From an uncultured bacterium (GTDB lineage: Bacteria; Acidobacteriota; HRBIN11; JAKEFK01): a stretch of 64,000 nt of DNA. The stretch lies in the NCBI GenBank assembly GCA_963777505.1, contig CAVZQN010000001.1:448001-512000 (forward strand), written 5' to 3'. Below, in pieces: positions 52,495-62,919 of the stretch. Position 1 is the first letter of the stretch. Each line of letters begins with the position of its first letter. Made by a program: the position numbers and the translations under genes. The notes under the pieces were generated by a model. That model was not told the origin of the DNA and made no database searches. It saw nothing but the letters and a program-made list of their open reading frames with translations.

Positions 52495-54528
52495 ATGAGA
52501 ACACTATTCGTTCTCGTTGCTATCGTTTGCTGCTTGTTGCAGCCTCGTCTAGAAGCGCAACAAGATCCAGAGGATTATGCCTTCATTGATGTCACCGTTA
52601 TTCCTATGGATCGCGAGCGTACCATTTCTCATCAAACGGTTGTAGTCCATAAAAGTCGCATCGTTGAAGTGAAGGACTCCAACAAAGTGACGTTACCGGA
52701 TGGAGTCGTTCAAATAGATGGACGCGGAATGTATCTCATTCCGGGCTTTGTGGACATGCATGTTCATGCTCACTCGCCACAGGATCTTGCCCTCTTTGTT
52801 GCCAGAGGTGTCACATCGGTTCGAAATATGCGCGGATCACAATATCATCTTGCACTTCGTAATTTGATTGCTGAAGAAAAATTACTGGGTCCAACTCTTT
52901 ATACTTGTGGTGCAATTTTTGATGGCGCTCCCCCAACAGGTGAAAGTGTTACCGTTGTCGAAACCGAAGACGAAGCACGTCAGATGGTGGCTGAGCAAAA
53001 ACAAGCTGGATACGATTGCATAAAAGTCTATACACGATTATCACGTCACGTTTATAAAGCAATCATGAGTGCTGCAAAAGAACATGGAATGACAGTCGCC
53101 GGTCATGTTCCTACGGATGTTGGATTAGATCTTGCGCTGGCGTTACATCAGAACAGCATTGAACATCTTACTGGCTACATGGGAGCAATTAGTGATGGGA
53201 GCAGTGAACCTGTTAATGGCGCCAAAGTTATAAAAGAATCTGACATTCCTTTAGTTTCAAAAGATACAGCACAATCCGGAGTATGGAATTGCCCGACTCT
53301 TGTAGTACAGCAGAATTATGCCTCTGCAACCGAAATCCAAAATGATAAGAACAATCCAGGATTGAAGTACATACCTCCTGTCCGGCTTGCGATGTGGGAT
53401 CCTTCGCGAGAACGACGTTTTGAAGGCACAGATTTTCAAGCAATAAAACGAGGTATCTCTGTTTTACAGAAAATGGTGTATTCGTTACAAAAGCAAGGGG
53501 CAGGACTTTTACTTGGTACTGATGCTCCTAGCCGATTTGTTGTGCCTGGTTTTTCCGTACATCGCGAGTTGAAGAATCTTGTGGAATCCGGACTGACTCC
53601 GTATGAAGCCCTGACGACGGCTACTCGCAATCCAGCAATTTTTATGAAAGCCGCTTCTGAGTTCGGCACAATTAACAAAGGCAAACGCGCAGATTTTGTT
53701 CTCCTTAAAGCGGATCCTTTGAAAGATATTTCACACACGGAAGAAATTGCTGGAGTCATGGTGCGTGGCCGGTGGTTCGCGGAACCTAAACTGAATGCGA
53801 TTTTGCAGGAAGTTCAAAAAGCGTACACGCCGCCACAGAATCGTTTTTCAGAAATGGAAGATTTGCCGGTAAGTAGCAAAACTCTCAAATATCAAATTTT
53901 TAACAGCGGTATTGTCATCGGCGAAGAACGGATAGCAGAACGAATACTTGATGATGGACGTTCCGAAATCATAAGCCAGCAAGTTGGAGATCCTCCGTCT
54001 TTCGGAAAGTACTCTGCGCGGATAATCAGAGAACGTGATGGATCCATCAATCACTTCGAATTGATAGCAAAACGTCCTGAGGGCGAAACGTTAATCACAA
54101 TTCATAATGAAGACAGAAAGTTTACAGGGCGTGCACAAGTGCCATTTCAAAGTGAAAAGATGTATCTCGAAGGAGGAATCCCATATCAGGTATACATGGA
54201 CTTCTCCATGGCAGCTTCACGCACCGCAATCATGGAACAGCTTATTGAAATGAAGCCGGGAGATACCATTGAACGTGAAATGCGTGAGCTGGATTTCTTC
54301 ACAGTATTTAACAAGGGATTCAAAATCGGCATGATCAACTGGAAGATCACGCGACAGAACAATACGACTTATGTCCACAACGGAAATGAAATCCCTGTTG
54401 GAGTTTTTATTGTGGAATCTTCAAAAAAACACTCAAAGGAAACAATTAAAATCCTCGCCGACTCAAGTGGTGTTCCCGTCTTAATCCAACGCGGATCTTC
54501 CCTTTACAAGAGGATTGAGGATGAGTAG
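52495..54528 (+). CDS. secreted amidohydrolase family protein with C-terminal extension
   Basis: Signal peptide; PGFVDMHVH, GHV, IEH, GTD and GKRADFVLL motifs. Confidence 0.85.
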   Translation: MRTLFVLVAIVCCLLQPRLEAQQDPEDYAFIDVTVIPMDRERTISHQTVVVHKSRIVEVKDSNKVTLPDGVVQIDGRGMYLIPGFVDMHVHAHSPQDLALFVARGVTSVRNMRGSQYHLALRNLIAEEKLLGPTLYTCGAIFDGAPPTGESVTVVETEDEARQMVAEQKQAGYDCIKVYTRLSRHVYKAIMSAAKEHGMTVAGHVPTDVGLDLALALHQNSIEHLTGYMGAISDGSSEPVNGAKVIKESDIPLVSKDTAQSGVWNCPTLVVQQNYASATEIQNDKNNPGLKYIPPVRLAMWDPSRERRFEGTDFQAIKRGISVLQKMVYSLQKQGAGLLLGTDAPSRFVVPGFSVHRELKNLVESGLTPYEALTTATRNPAIFMKAASEFGTINKGKRADFVLLKADPLKDISHTEEIAGVMVRGRWFAEPKLNAILQEVQKAYTPPQNRFSEMEDLPVSSKTLKYQIFNSGIVIGEERIAERILDDGRSEIISQQVGDPPSFGKYSARIIRERDGSINHFELIAKRPEGETLITIHNEDRKFTGRAQVPFQSEKMYLEGGIPYQVYMDFSMAASRTAIMEQLIEMKPGDTIEREMRELDFFTVFNKGFKIGMINWKITRQNNTTYVHNGNEIPVGVFIVESSKKHSKETIKILADSSGVPVLIQRGSSLYKRIEDE

Positions 54529-54565
54529 AGATAGAAGATAGCAGGAACTCACTATCCTCCATCCT

Positions 54566-55012
54566 CTATTCTCTATCTTCTCCTAACAGGATCGTCACCG
54601 GGCCGTCGTTAACAAGAGAAACATTCATGTGCGCGCGAAATACGCCGGTCTTTACTGAAATTCCTTCTTCTTTCAACTTCTCTGCAAAAAACAAATAGAG
54701 ACGATCGGCTTCTTCGGGTGGAGCTGCGCCAATAAAGCTCGGACGCATCCCTTTCTCCACATCCGCCGCTAAAGTGAATTGAGAAATCAACAGAACTTCT
54801 CCTTTGATATCAAGCAGTGAACGATTCATTTTTCCGGCGTCATCCGGAAAAATTCGAAGACCTGCTACTTTATGCGCATAATGAGCTGCAAGTTTTTCAT
54901 CATCGTTATGTTCAATGCACAAAAATACCAGAAGGCCTTGGCCGATTTGACCAACAATTCTGCCATCAACAGAAACGGAAGATTCAGACACTCGTTGAAC
55001 GACGAGTTTCAT
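54566..55012 (-). CDS. dtd: D-aminoacyl-tRNA deacylase
   Basis: VVQRV, SQFTL, RPSF and NDGPVT motifs. Confidence 0.95.
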   Translation of the reverse strand: MKLVVQRVSESSVSVDGRIVGQIGQGLLVFLCIEHNDDEKLAAHYAHKVAGLRIFPDDAGKMNRSLLDIKGEVLLISQFTLAADVEKGMRPSFIGAAPPEEADRLYLFFAEKLKEEGISVKTGVFRAHMNVSLVNDGPVTILLGEDRE

Positions 55013-56724
55013 CGGACTCCGGTTTCGACCTGATCACGAAGCTGGCGGGCATGCTGCAGGGCTGACTCTGTCACCTCACTCCCTGAAATCATCCGTGCAA
55101 GCTCCAGAATCCGCTCGTCCTCTGGAAGGTTATCTACTACAGTTATAGTACGATCCTTTTTTACTTTTTTGGCTACTCTGTAGTGATGTTCGCCAAACGC
55201 GGCAACTTGCGGAAGATGTGTAACACAAAGCACCTGAGCATTTTCCGAAAGACGTTTCAGCCTTTCTCCAATTTGGAAAGCGATTCTTCCACCGACACCG
55301 GCATCGATTTCATCGAAGATTAAGCAACGTCCTTCAGCAGTTTGCGTCACAACTTTTAATGCAAGCATCAAACGCGATAACTCTCCGCCGCTAGCAATCT
55401 TGCCTAAGTCGCGAAATCCTTCTCCCGGGTTCGGTTCAATTTGGAAAACAACACCTTCCCGTCCATGTGCTGGAAATTGCGAATTCACGAGCGCGTCATC
55501 ATTATCGAAAGCTTGATCAGTAGACGGCGACAAAATAACCCGAAATTTACATTTTTCCAGAGCAACATTCTTGAGCTCACTTTCAACTTTTAGTTCAAAT
55601 TCTGTCAATCCCTTGTTGCGCGTTGTTGAAACTTTTTCGGCTAGCTTGTTGTAACTTTCAGCAGCCTTACGCAGCGCTAACATAATTTGCTCAGCGCGCC
55701 ATTCAGCCTGAAAATTCGTATTCAATTCTTGTTTGCATCGCGTTGCATGTTGTAAGACTTCGTTAATTGACGGTCCATATTTCTTCTTCAACCGATCAAG
55801 GACATCCAAACGCGATTCAATCTCATCAAGTGATCCATCTTCGAATTCGAGATTGTGTTTCATGGAATCTACTTTCCGGGCAAGCTCATTGAGTTCGTCC
55901 AGCCATTCCATGCAGCGTGTGACATACGTTGAAAATGGCTCCTGAAAATGCTTGAGTTCCTGAAGTTGTTTTCCGACCATTTCAATCCGGCCTAAAAGGC
56001 TTTCATCGCTTTCAACAATGTCTTGCAGCAAAGCATCACAAATGTTCTTGATTCGCTCGCTGTTCTGAATGACAGCTTTTTTTGTTCGAAGAGCTTCTTC
56101 CTCGTCTTCTGAAATTGAAGCACCTTCAATCTCACGAATCTGATATTGAAGAAGATCCATATTCCGCTGCCGTTGCTGTTCTTGCTCACGAAGAATCCTG
56201 AATTCTCCTTGCAATGTGCGAATTTCGTCTGCGACTGCGGCAAGAGCCCGTACTTCATCGTTCAATCCAATTGAACGATCGTAGAGTGCACGCTGTGAAG
56301 ATGAATCAAGCAGTCCCTGATGTTCATTCTGCCCATAAATATCCATTAAAAATGGAGCAAGCTCTTTCAGTTGGGTAAGCGTAACCGTACATTGATTCAC
56401 TACCGCACGGCTTTTGCCTCCGGGCTGAATCTCACGGCGCAGAATTAATTCCTTATCCTCCAGTTCAATGCTCCATTTCTTCAAAAGGTCATTGAATGCG
56501 GAAGGAATTGTGGATACATCAAAAATGGCTTCAAGAATGGCACGCGATGATCCTGCACGAACATCATCCTGACTCGCTCGAGCTCCAAGAATTCGGCAAA
56601 TTGCGTCAATTAAAATCGACTTGCCAGCTCCAGTTTCGCCGGTAAAAAGTGATAGACCGGCTGAAAAATCAATCTCAATTTCCTCAAGCAAAGCAAAATT
56701 TGTGATCCGCAATCGCGTCAACAT
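55009..56724 (-). CDS. recN: DNA repair protein RecN
   Basis: TGETGAGKS, ASGGELSR, FDEIDAG and VTHLPQVA motifs. Confidence 0.95.
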   Translation of the reverse strand: MLTRLRITNFALLEEIEIDFSAGLSLFTGETGAGKSILIDAICRILGARASQDDVRAGSSRAILEAIFDVSTIPSAFNDLLKKWSIELEDKELILRREIQPGGKSRAVVNQCTVTLTQLKELAPFLMDIYGQNEHQGLLDSSSQRALYDRSIGLNDEVRALAAVADEIRTLQGEFRILREQEQQRQRNMDLLQYQIREIEGASISEDEEEALRTKKAVIQNSERIKNICDALLQDIVESDESLLGRIEMVGKQLQELKHFQEPFSTYVTRCMEWLDELNELARKVDSMKHNLEFEDGSLDEIESRLDVLDRLKKKYGPSINEVLQHATRCKQELNTNFQAEWRAEQIMLALRKAAESYNKLAEKVSTTRNKGLTEFELKVESELKNVALEKCKFRVILSPSTDQAFDNDDALVNSQFPAHGREGVVFQIEPNPGEGFRDLGKIASGGELSRLMLALKVVTQTAEGRCLIFDEIDAGVGGRIAFQIGERLKRLSENAQVLCVTHLPQVAAFGEHHYRVAKKVKKDRTITVVDNLPEDERILELARMISGSEVTESALQHARQLRDQVETGVR

Positions 56725-56814
56725 GATGGCAGTAAGAAAATGATAACATATTGACGGATTCCTCATTACGTTTTACGTTTTATTCGAGATGCGGGATGCG
56801 GAAAGGGTTAAACC

Positions 56815-57861
56815 ATGATTAGAACAATTGAGTGGAAAGACGGCTCTGTGCACATGATTGACCAACGTCTGCTTCCAGGCGAGGAAGTCTACAACGAATA
56901 CAACGATTATGAAGACGTCGCTCGCGCAATCGAAGATATGGTAATTCGTGGAGCACCGGCAATCGGTGTCGCTGCTGCGATGGGTATTGCACTTGGAATG
57001 AAGAATGTCAGTTCTGACATCGATAAAAATTTCCAGAAGATTTGCGAACGGATGTCAAAAACAAGACCCACTGCTGTCAATTTATTTTGGGCGATTGACA
57101 GAATGAAAAAGAAATACTCCGAATTAAAAGGACATTCAGCCGAGCAAATCAAACAACAATTGATTCTTGAAGCACAAAAAATTCATGTGGAAGATGTTGA
57201 AGCCAATCGCAGAATGGGAAGTTTTGGAAATGAGCTGATTCCAGAACAAGCAAACATTTTGACACATTGCAATGCAGGTGCCCTCGCCACAGCCGGATTT
57301 GGAACGGCACTTGGAGTGATCCGTTCTGCAGTTGAGAGTGGCAAAACGATCCAGGTTTTTGCAGATGAAACGCGTCCGTTTTTACAGGGCGCGCGCCTGA
57401 CCGCCTGGGAACTTCATCAAGACAAGATTCCCGTCACGTTAATTACCGACAACATGGCTGGCTATTTCATGCATAAGAAAAATGTAGACCTTGTAATCGT
57501 TGGCGCAGACCGGATTGCATCCAATGGTGATGTTGCAAACAAAATTGGAACATATTCCGTAGCTGTTTTAGCTCGCGCAAACGAAATTCCATTTTATGTT
57601 GCCGCACCTTTGTCCACCATCGATCTGAGTCTGACAAATGGAAATCAAATTCCTATTGAAGAACGAACGTCGAAAGAAGTAGTCGAAATTCATGGCAAAC
57701 GTACGGCTCCAGAAGGGATCAGCGTTCGTCACCCCGCATTTGATGTAACGCCTAATGAATATGTTACCGCAATTATCACGGAACAAGGCATCGCACGCGC
57801 GCCTTACACTGAATCTTTGGCAAAACTTTTTGCTAACCGCAAAGACTCAAAGTCCAAATAA
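56815..57861 (+). CDS. mtnA: methylthioribose-1-phosphate isomerase
   Basis: [30 protein letters not shown] and NKIGTY motifs. Confidence 0.95.
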   Translation: MIRTIEWKDGSVHMIDQRLLPGEEVYNEYNDYEDVARAIEDMVIRGAPAIGVAAAMGIALGMKNVSSDIDKNFQKICERMSKTRPTAVNLFWAIDRMKKKYSELKGHSAEQIKQQLILEAQKIHVEDVEANRRMGSFGNELIPEQANILTHCNAGALATAGFGTALGVIRSAVESGKTIQVFADETRPFLQGARLTAWELHQDKIPVTLITDNMAGYFMHKKNVDLVIVGADRIASNGDVANKIGTYSVAVLARANEIPFYVAAPLSTIDLSLTNGNQIPIEERTSKEVVEIHGKRTAPEGISVRHPAFDVTPNEYVTAIITEQGIARAPYTESLAKLFANRKDSKSK

Positions 57862-57888
57862 TTTCTGTTACTTTGTGTCTTTGCGGTA
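57835..57888. repeat. inverted pair of ACCGCAAAGACDCAAAG repeats at the convergent mtnA/tsaD junction
   Basis: AACCGCAAAGACTCAAAG ... CTTTGTGTCTTTGCGGT. Confidence 0.6.
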
Positions 57889-58908
57889 AAAACTTAATAC
57901 TTGAGGTTTGGTTCGGCATTCAAGTGTCAGTGGATCACGAATACCACGTTCCAATTTGCGATGAGCGATGGAAGCAATCATGGCAGCATTATCAGTCGAT
58001 AGAATTAACGACGGAAAATATACAGGTAGATTTTGAGCGCCACCCCAGTTTGATGCCACTTCGCGCAGGTAACTATTGCAGGCAACTCCGCCCGAAAAAG
58101 AAATGCTCCGCGGTTTAAGTTTAGCAGCAGCCCGTTTCAATGGACTCATCAGCATTTCTATCGCGACAGTCTGAAACGATCTACAGATCGTTACGATCTC
58201 TTCACTGTATTCTCCGCTGGTATAGGAAGGAATATTGTTGCGATGAACATAATACAGGATTGCTGTTTTGATTCCGCTGTAACTGAAATCAAAAGTTTGC
58301 GAATCAAATTGTGCATGAGTTAATCCAATTGTATTTTCTGCTTTCTTATCCGCTATCCGATCGATGATGGGTCCACCGGGATAACCAAGACCGAGCAACT
58401 TTCCCACTTTGTCGAATGCTTCGCCGATCGCATCATCTCTGGTTTGGCCCAGCATTTCAAAATCATCGCGCGTTCGCATCAAATAAAGGCTTGTATGTCC
58501 ACCCGATGCAATAATCGAAAGCATTGGCAGTTCGGCATCAGGATGTTCTAGAAAAATCGAATGCAGATGAGCTTCCAAATGATTGACGCCAACGAATGGA
58601 ACATCGATCGACACAGCAAGACTTTTTGCTACATTCAATCCGACAAGCAATGATCCAACAAGTCCTGGGCCATAGGTGGCACCGATCCCTTGAATATCCT
58701 TCAACTGAAGCGTCGAACGATCCATCGCTTCTTGAAGCACAGGAATGATGTTGTCCAGATGATGGCGCGAAGCGAGTTCTGGCACCACGCCTCCATATTT
58801 TTCATGTATTTTCACCTGTGATGAAATGATATTGCTCAGAATTCGATTGCCATCCAAAACCGCGACGGATGTTTCATCACAAGAAGTTTCAATTCCAAGT
58901 ACGATCAT
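57868..58908 (-). CDS. tsaD: tRNA N6-threonylcarbamoyltransferase
   Basis: GIETSCDET, GGVVPELASR, NHLEAH, SGGHT and TDNAAMIA motifs; extreme 3' end probably frameshifted. Confidence 0.93.
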   Translation of the reverse strand: MIVLGIETSCDETSVAVLDGNRILSNIISSQVKIHEKYGGVVPELASRHHLDNIIPVLQEAMDRSTLQLKDIQGIGATYGPGLVGSLLVGLNVAKSLAVSIDVPFVGVNHLEAHLHSIFLEHPDAELPMLSIIASGGHTSLYLMRTRDDFEMLGQTRDDAIGEAFDKVGKLLGLGYPGGPIIDRIADKKAENTIGLTHAQFDSQTFDFSYSGIKTAILYYVHRNNIPSYTSGEYSEEIVTICRSFQTVAIEMLMSPLKRAAAKLKPRSISFSGGVACNSYLREVASNWGGAQNLPVYFPSLILSTDNAAMIASIAHRKLERGIRDPLTLECRTKPQVLSFYRKDTK

Positions 58909-58986
58909 GCGTTGTAATTGTAAATTATGGCTGGATTCTGCGCCAATCATTTGACTTCACACAAAAGTCCGAATAGCCTTGGTTTT

Positions 58987-59836
58987 ATGATTGATTTTGA
59001 ACTATACCATCAGCAGCTCACGGAAAAAGGATATCTAGCACCATATATCGTTCAACTTTTGTTTGAAGAAGGTCCACAAATAGATAAGAATTCTTTGCTC
59101 GAAGCTTTACGCGAAACACAGTGAAGATGTTGAACCGATAGAAGAACAATCGGGAGTTATTGGTTTTACGCATAAAGAAAAAGTAGTTCGGGAAGGACAG
59201 GCACCTGCTCAATCCTTGTTTGGTACGCCTGAAGTCTGCGAAAACCCTGTCAAAATTTTCTCGGATTCGCTCACACAGACGTGGGATTGGCAGGAAGCAG
59301 AGCAAGTTTTGTCAAATGTAAAGGCCGTTGTAACGATTACGTTTTCCTTTACAGAATCGCACAACCGAAAGGATCGGCTAGAACTTGTTCACAACTTTGT
59401 GCTAAAGGCGACCAACCTTTACTCGCCAGTAGCAATCCACTGGCTTCCATCACAGCGGATTGTGAGTCCTTCACGTTACAAAGAAGATCTGTCGCAAGGC
59501 GGTCAGCTTTTTTCTTCCGCTGTAAATGTTCGAATGTTCAAAGTTGAAAACAGCGATGAACGAGTTATGGATACCCTGGGTCTTACCGCGTTCGGTTTGT
59601 CAGACATTCAATGTAATTTCACAGGTTTGGATCCAAAACGCGTAGGAGTTTATCTGTACGAGTTAGCCGATTATGTCTTCCAACGTGGAGATATTTTTCA
59701 AGAAGGCGATACGATCGATGGGCTTCAAGCCGGAGAAAAGTGGACAATTCGGAAGGAGCAATCCTATGTCAATCCCAGCCGGCGCGTGATCGACATTTTG
59801 CCAGGACAAAACGCGCCTCAAACGACTCAAGAATAA
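58987..59836 (+). CDS. DUF4261 domain protein (frameshifted)
   Basis: DTLGLTAFGLSDIQC...GDTI pattern; 5' part is in ORF 58927..59124. Confidence 0.6.
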
Positions 59837-59845
59837 ATTCGCAAC

Positions 59846-60265
59846 CTAACCTGGTAAGAGTTCGGAATTGGAAACACCGAACGAAAAATGCGCTTGAATA
59901 ATTTTCCATTGTTCGCCGATACGTGCTAAAGCTCCTGTCATCCGCGCATCCTGAGCGATACTCGACTCTCCATATCTTGCGGAAAGCTCGACTTCATCAC
60001 TGAACAAAGCGACGTCTCCAATCTGGTGTACCACCAACTTTTTGCTCATGATCGTCCACTTTCCATATGTACTAAAGAGTTCTTCAAAAAAGGAACGGAT
60101 CTGATCATTTCCATACCATTGCTCATCAGGATCTGTCCCGAAATAAACGGCACGACTGTCCTGAGCAAGAAATGCAAGGAATTGATCCTTACGACCTTCC
60201 GATGCAGCGTAATACCAATCACGAATCAGCGTTGACAATTCATCTTTCGGGATTTCGTGGATCAT
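59846..60265 (-). CDS. SnoaL/NTF2-like protein
   Basis: GTDPDE.W and RMT...WKIIQAHFS motifs. Confidence 0.8.
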   Translation of the reverse strand: MIHEIPKDELSTLIRDWYYAASEGRKDQFLAFLAQDSRAVYFGTDPDEQWYGNDQIRSFFEELFSTYGKWTIMSKKLVVHQIGDVALFSDEVELSARYGESSIAQDARMTGALARIGEQWKIIQAHFSFGVSNSELLPG

Positions 60266-60351
60266 TCTGTGCTCCTTTCTTCATTTTATAATATTCTGGA
60301 AAATCAAATAGATACCTGTTGATTTAGACGAAGAATTTGCGTCGGGGCTTA

Positions 60352-60852
60352 TCACACGGCAGGAACGCGAGCCCGAATTTGCTGCAAATGGCTGAGATCG
60401 TGAGCGGCAAGATGCGGAATTATTTGCGCGACTGTAATCAAACCGTACTCAGGATGTTTACCCTTCCGTTCAAAGAGTGACGGTTCTACAGTTTGAAGCA
60501 GTTCCAGATTAACCCGCCGCAGCGGTGTAAATGCGCGAATGAGCTGCGTAGCATCCTGATCGCCATAGGTAAAGTGATCTACCCAGGCATTTTGATCAAA
60601 TGGCGTTAAGGTTGGATCTTTTTCAGCCATGATGACACGATAACGAAAACCGTATGCAAATTCGGTATCGATTAAATGAATTAAAATTTGACGTGGCGAC
60701 CAATCTGAGTCTGATGGCTTTTTTGATATCGTTTCGAAATCAACTCCATCGAGAAGTTCACGCAACGTATCGGGAGTCTTTCGCAAGATTTGAAAAGCTG
60801 CATCACGATCAAAAGGATGGTCTTTCTTGCAAAATACACATGCCATCAGCAC
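60352..60852 (-). CDS. DinB family protein
   Basis: WS...HL.D.E, FDQ..W and HDLSHLQQI motifs. Confidence 0.8.
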   Translation of the reverse strand: MLMACVFCKKDHPFDRDAAFQILRKTPDTLRELLDGVDFETISKKPSDSDWSPRQILIHLIDTEFAYGFRYRVIMAEKDPTLTPFDQNAWVDHFTYGDQDATQLIRAFTPLRRVNLELLQTVEPSLFERKGKHPEYGLITVAQIIPHLAAHDLSHLQQIRARVPAV

Positions 60853-60876
60853 ACCTCTCCTTTTATTGTACTCGAA

Positions 60877-61542
60877 CTAATCAAAGCCTTCCATCCAGTC
60901 AGCAAAACTGGCAAGAGTAGGACGATTAAAAGCCAGGCGAATATTAGGGTCTCGAGGATTTTCCTGTTTTCTATTAATCCAGGCGACATCAATTCCTAAA
61001 CGGTTACACGGAACAACGTCGTGATGATAACTTTGCGCCGCGTGAATCCACTTGGCATCTTTGATCTTTTTCCGCGCTTCCAGGAAATGCTTTTGTTCTG
61101 GCTTGTAGGATGCAACCATGTCAGCGGTAACAATCAACTGAAATGGAACCGTAAAGTGTTTGCGCGTTTCACTGAGAAGATCTTGGTCGATATTTGAAAG
61201 AATTCCGAGCTTGTAGGTACGTGCTAATCTTTCGAGAGCTAAATTCGTATCTGCAAATGGGCGCCATCGTCCGAGAGTTTCGGAAAGGAAGGAATAATCT
61301 GATGTTTTATAACCGAGATCGATACAAATTCGACGGGCGACGCGATTCAGAATTTCCCGATAACGTCTGTATGTGAATTCCTCTTCGGATTCGTATTTCT
61401 GATAAAGTGCAAGAATTTTGGCAGGATCGAAAGCGTTTCCGGTTAATTTTGCCGTGCGTTCAAAGGCTGCAGTGATTCCATGTTCCCAATCGATCAGAGT
61501 TCCGTAACAATCAAAAGTGATCCATTGATAATCCTGCATCAT
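60877..61542 (-). CDS. HAD-superfamily hydrolase (2-haloacid dehalogenase-like)
   Basis: FDCYGTLIDW, LSN, YKP and HAAQS.HHDV motifs. Confidence 0.88.
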   Translation of the reverse strand: MMQDYQWITFDCYGTLIDWEHGITAAFERTAKLTGNAFDPAKILALYQKYESEEEFTYRRYREILNRVARRICIDLGYKTSDYSFLSETLGRWRPFADTNLALERLARTYKLGILSNIDQDLLSETRKHFTVPFQLIVTADMVASYKPEQKHFLEARKKIKDAKWIHAAQSYHHDVVPCNRLGIDVAWINRKQENPRDPNIRLAFNRPTLASFADWMEGFD

Positions 61543-61568
61543 TTAGTCCCGAACCTTAGAAGGAAATG

Positions 61569-61769
61569 TCAGTCGGTATCCTTGATAGGTTCAAATTCGC
61601 CGGTGTCATCCTCTTTGGATGAGTGAAATGAGCCCGTATCCTCGCCGTTGTAGCTTTTGGCCACGTCATCGGTAATCAAATCCGAGAGCTGGTCGATTTC
61701 ATCCTTGGAGAAAGAGTTTGGGTCTGTGTTCCCTGTTGAAGGTTTTTGAGTGACGGATTTCTCTGCCAT
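61569..61769 (-). CDS. small acidic hypothetical protein
   Basis: 66-aa ORF that fills the gap, co-oriented with the HAD gene. Confidence 0.45.
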   Translation of the reverse strand: MAEKSVTQKPSTGNTDPNSFSKDEIDQLSDLITDDVAKSYNGEDTGSFHSSKEDDTGEFEPIKDTD

Positions 61770-61790
61770 AGAACATAATTATATCAGTAA

Positions 61791-61872
61791 TACTCATACT
61801 CGTGATCGTGCTCGTGATCTTGATCGAAGAGCGAATAGATCACGATTACGACTAAGAGCACGAGTACGAGTA
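61791..61872. repeat. hexamer-periodic inverted repeat
   Basis: Left arm of CTCGTG/ATCGTG units; right arm of CACGAT/CACGAG/TACGAG units. Confidence 0.65.
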
Positions 61873-61907
61873 TAATAACGATGAATTTAGCAACAGGGGG
61901 TCAAGCG

Positions 61908-62909
61908 ATGATTCCGCATGAAGTAATGAGTATTTCGCGCCACATAATGGAGCAGCAGAAAAAATTTCCTGAGGCGCGAGGCGAATTTTCCAGTCTCTTA
62001 AATGAAATCGCTCTTGCTGCAAAACTCATCGCGCGTGATGTCCGTAAAGCCGGACTTGTGAATATCCTTGGATTGACAGGCAGCGAAAATGTACATGGCG
62101 AACGTGTCACAAAACTTGATGATTATGCCAATCGAGTCTTGTATGAAATTCTCGGTAGAAGCGGCCAGGTTTGTGTACTCGCCTCAGAAGAAGAACATAA
62201 CATCATTCCAACACCCAGTGGTTATCCCTTTGGCAAGTATGCATTCTTGTTCGACCCACTCGATGGTTCCAGCAACATCGATGCAAATGTAACGATCGGA
62301 ACAATTTTCTCAGTACACAGACGCATCAGTCCTGCAGGTCCTGGACGGCTGGAAGATTGCCTCCAAATAGGACGCAAACAAGTATGCGCGGGATACATTT
62401 TGTATGGATCAAGCACAATGTTTGTGTATACGGCAGGAAATGGTGTTCATGGATTTACCTATGATCCAAGCTGCGGCGAATTTCTTTTGTCTCATGAAAA
62501 TATTCGTATCCCAGAAAACGGTAAATATTACAGTGCGAATGAGGGAAACTATCATTCGTGGACTGACGGCACAAAAAAATACATCAACTACATAAAAGAA
62601 AGTGATCCGGATACGGGCCGGCCTTATGGATTACGCTATATCGGCTCACTTGTAGCCGATGTCCATCGTACTCTTTTATACGGCGGAATTTTTCTTTATC
62701 CGGGTTCCGTTAAAAAGCCCGCAGGAAAGTTGCGGTTGCTTTACGAAGCTGCCCCTCTTGCGATGGTTATAGAGCAAGCGGGTGGAAAAGCGACAAATGG
62801 CGCCAAATCAATTCTCGATGTCGAGCCTACTGAATTGCATCAACGAACACCGCTTGTGATTGGAAGTCCTGTTGATGTTGATGCAGCAATGAAGTTTCTA
62901 ACTTCGTAA
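61908..62909 (+). CDS. fbp: fructose-1,6-bisphosphatase class 1
   Basis: KLD, SEE, DPLDGSSNID, RYIGSLVADVHR and KLRLLYE motifs. Confidence 0.95.
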   Translation: MIPHEVMSISRHIMEQQKKFPEARGEFSSLLNEIALAAKLIARDVRKAGLVNILGLTGSENVHGERVTKLDDYANRVLYEILGRSGQVCVLASEEEHNIIPTPSGYPFGKYAFLFDPLDGSSNIDANVTIGTIFSVHRRISPAGPGRLEDCLQIGRKQVCAGYILYGSSTMFVYTAGNGVHGFTYDPSCGEFLLSHENIRIPENGKYYSANEGNYHSWTDGTKKYINYIKESDPDTGRPYGLRYIGSLVADVHRTLLYGGIFLYPGSVKKPAGKLRLLYEAAPLAMVIEQAGGKATNGAKSILDVEPTELHQRTPLVIGSPVDVDAAMKFLTS

Positions 62910-62919
62910 TCAACAAAAG

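Noticed and set aside
870-59836. Many split genes as true pseudogenes or programmed frameshifts
   Set aside because: Single shifts, often at homopolymers, hit unrelated and conserved genes (rmuC, tsaD end, AGCS), which is consistent with long-read error
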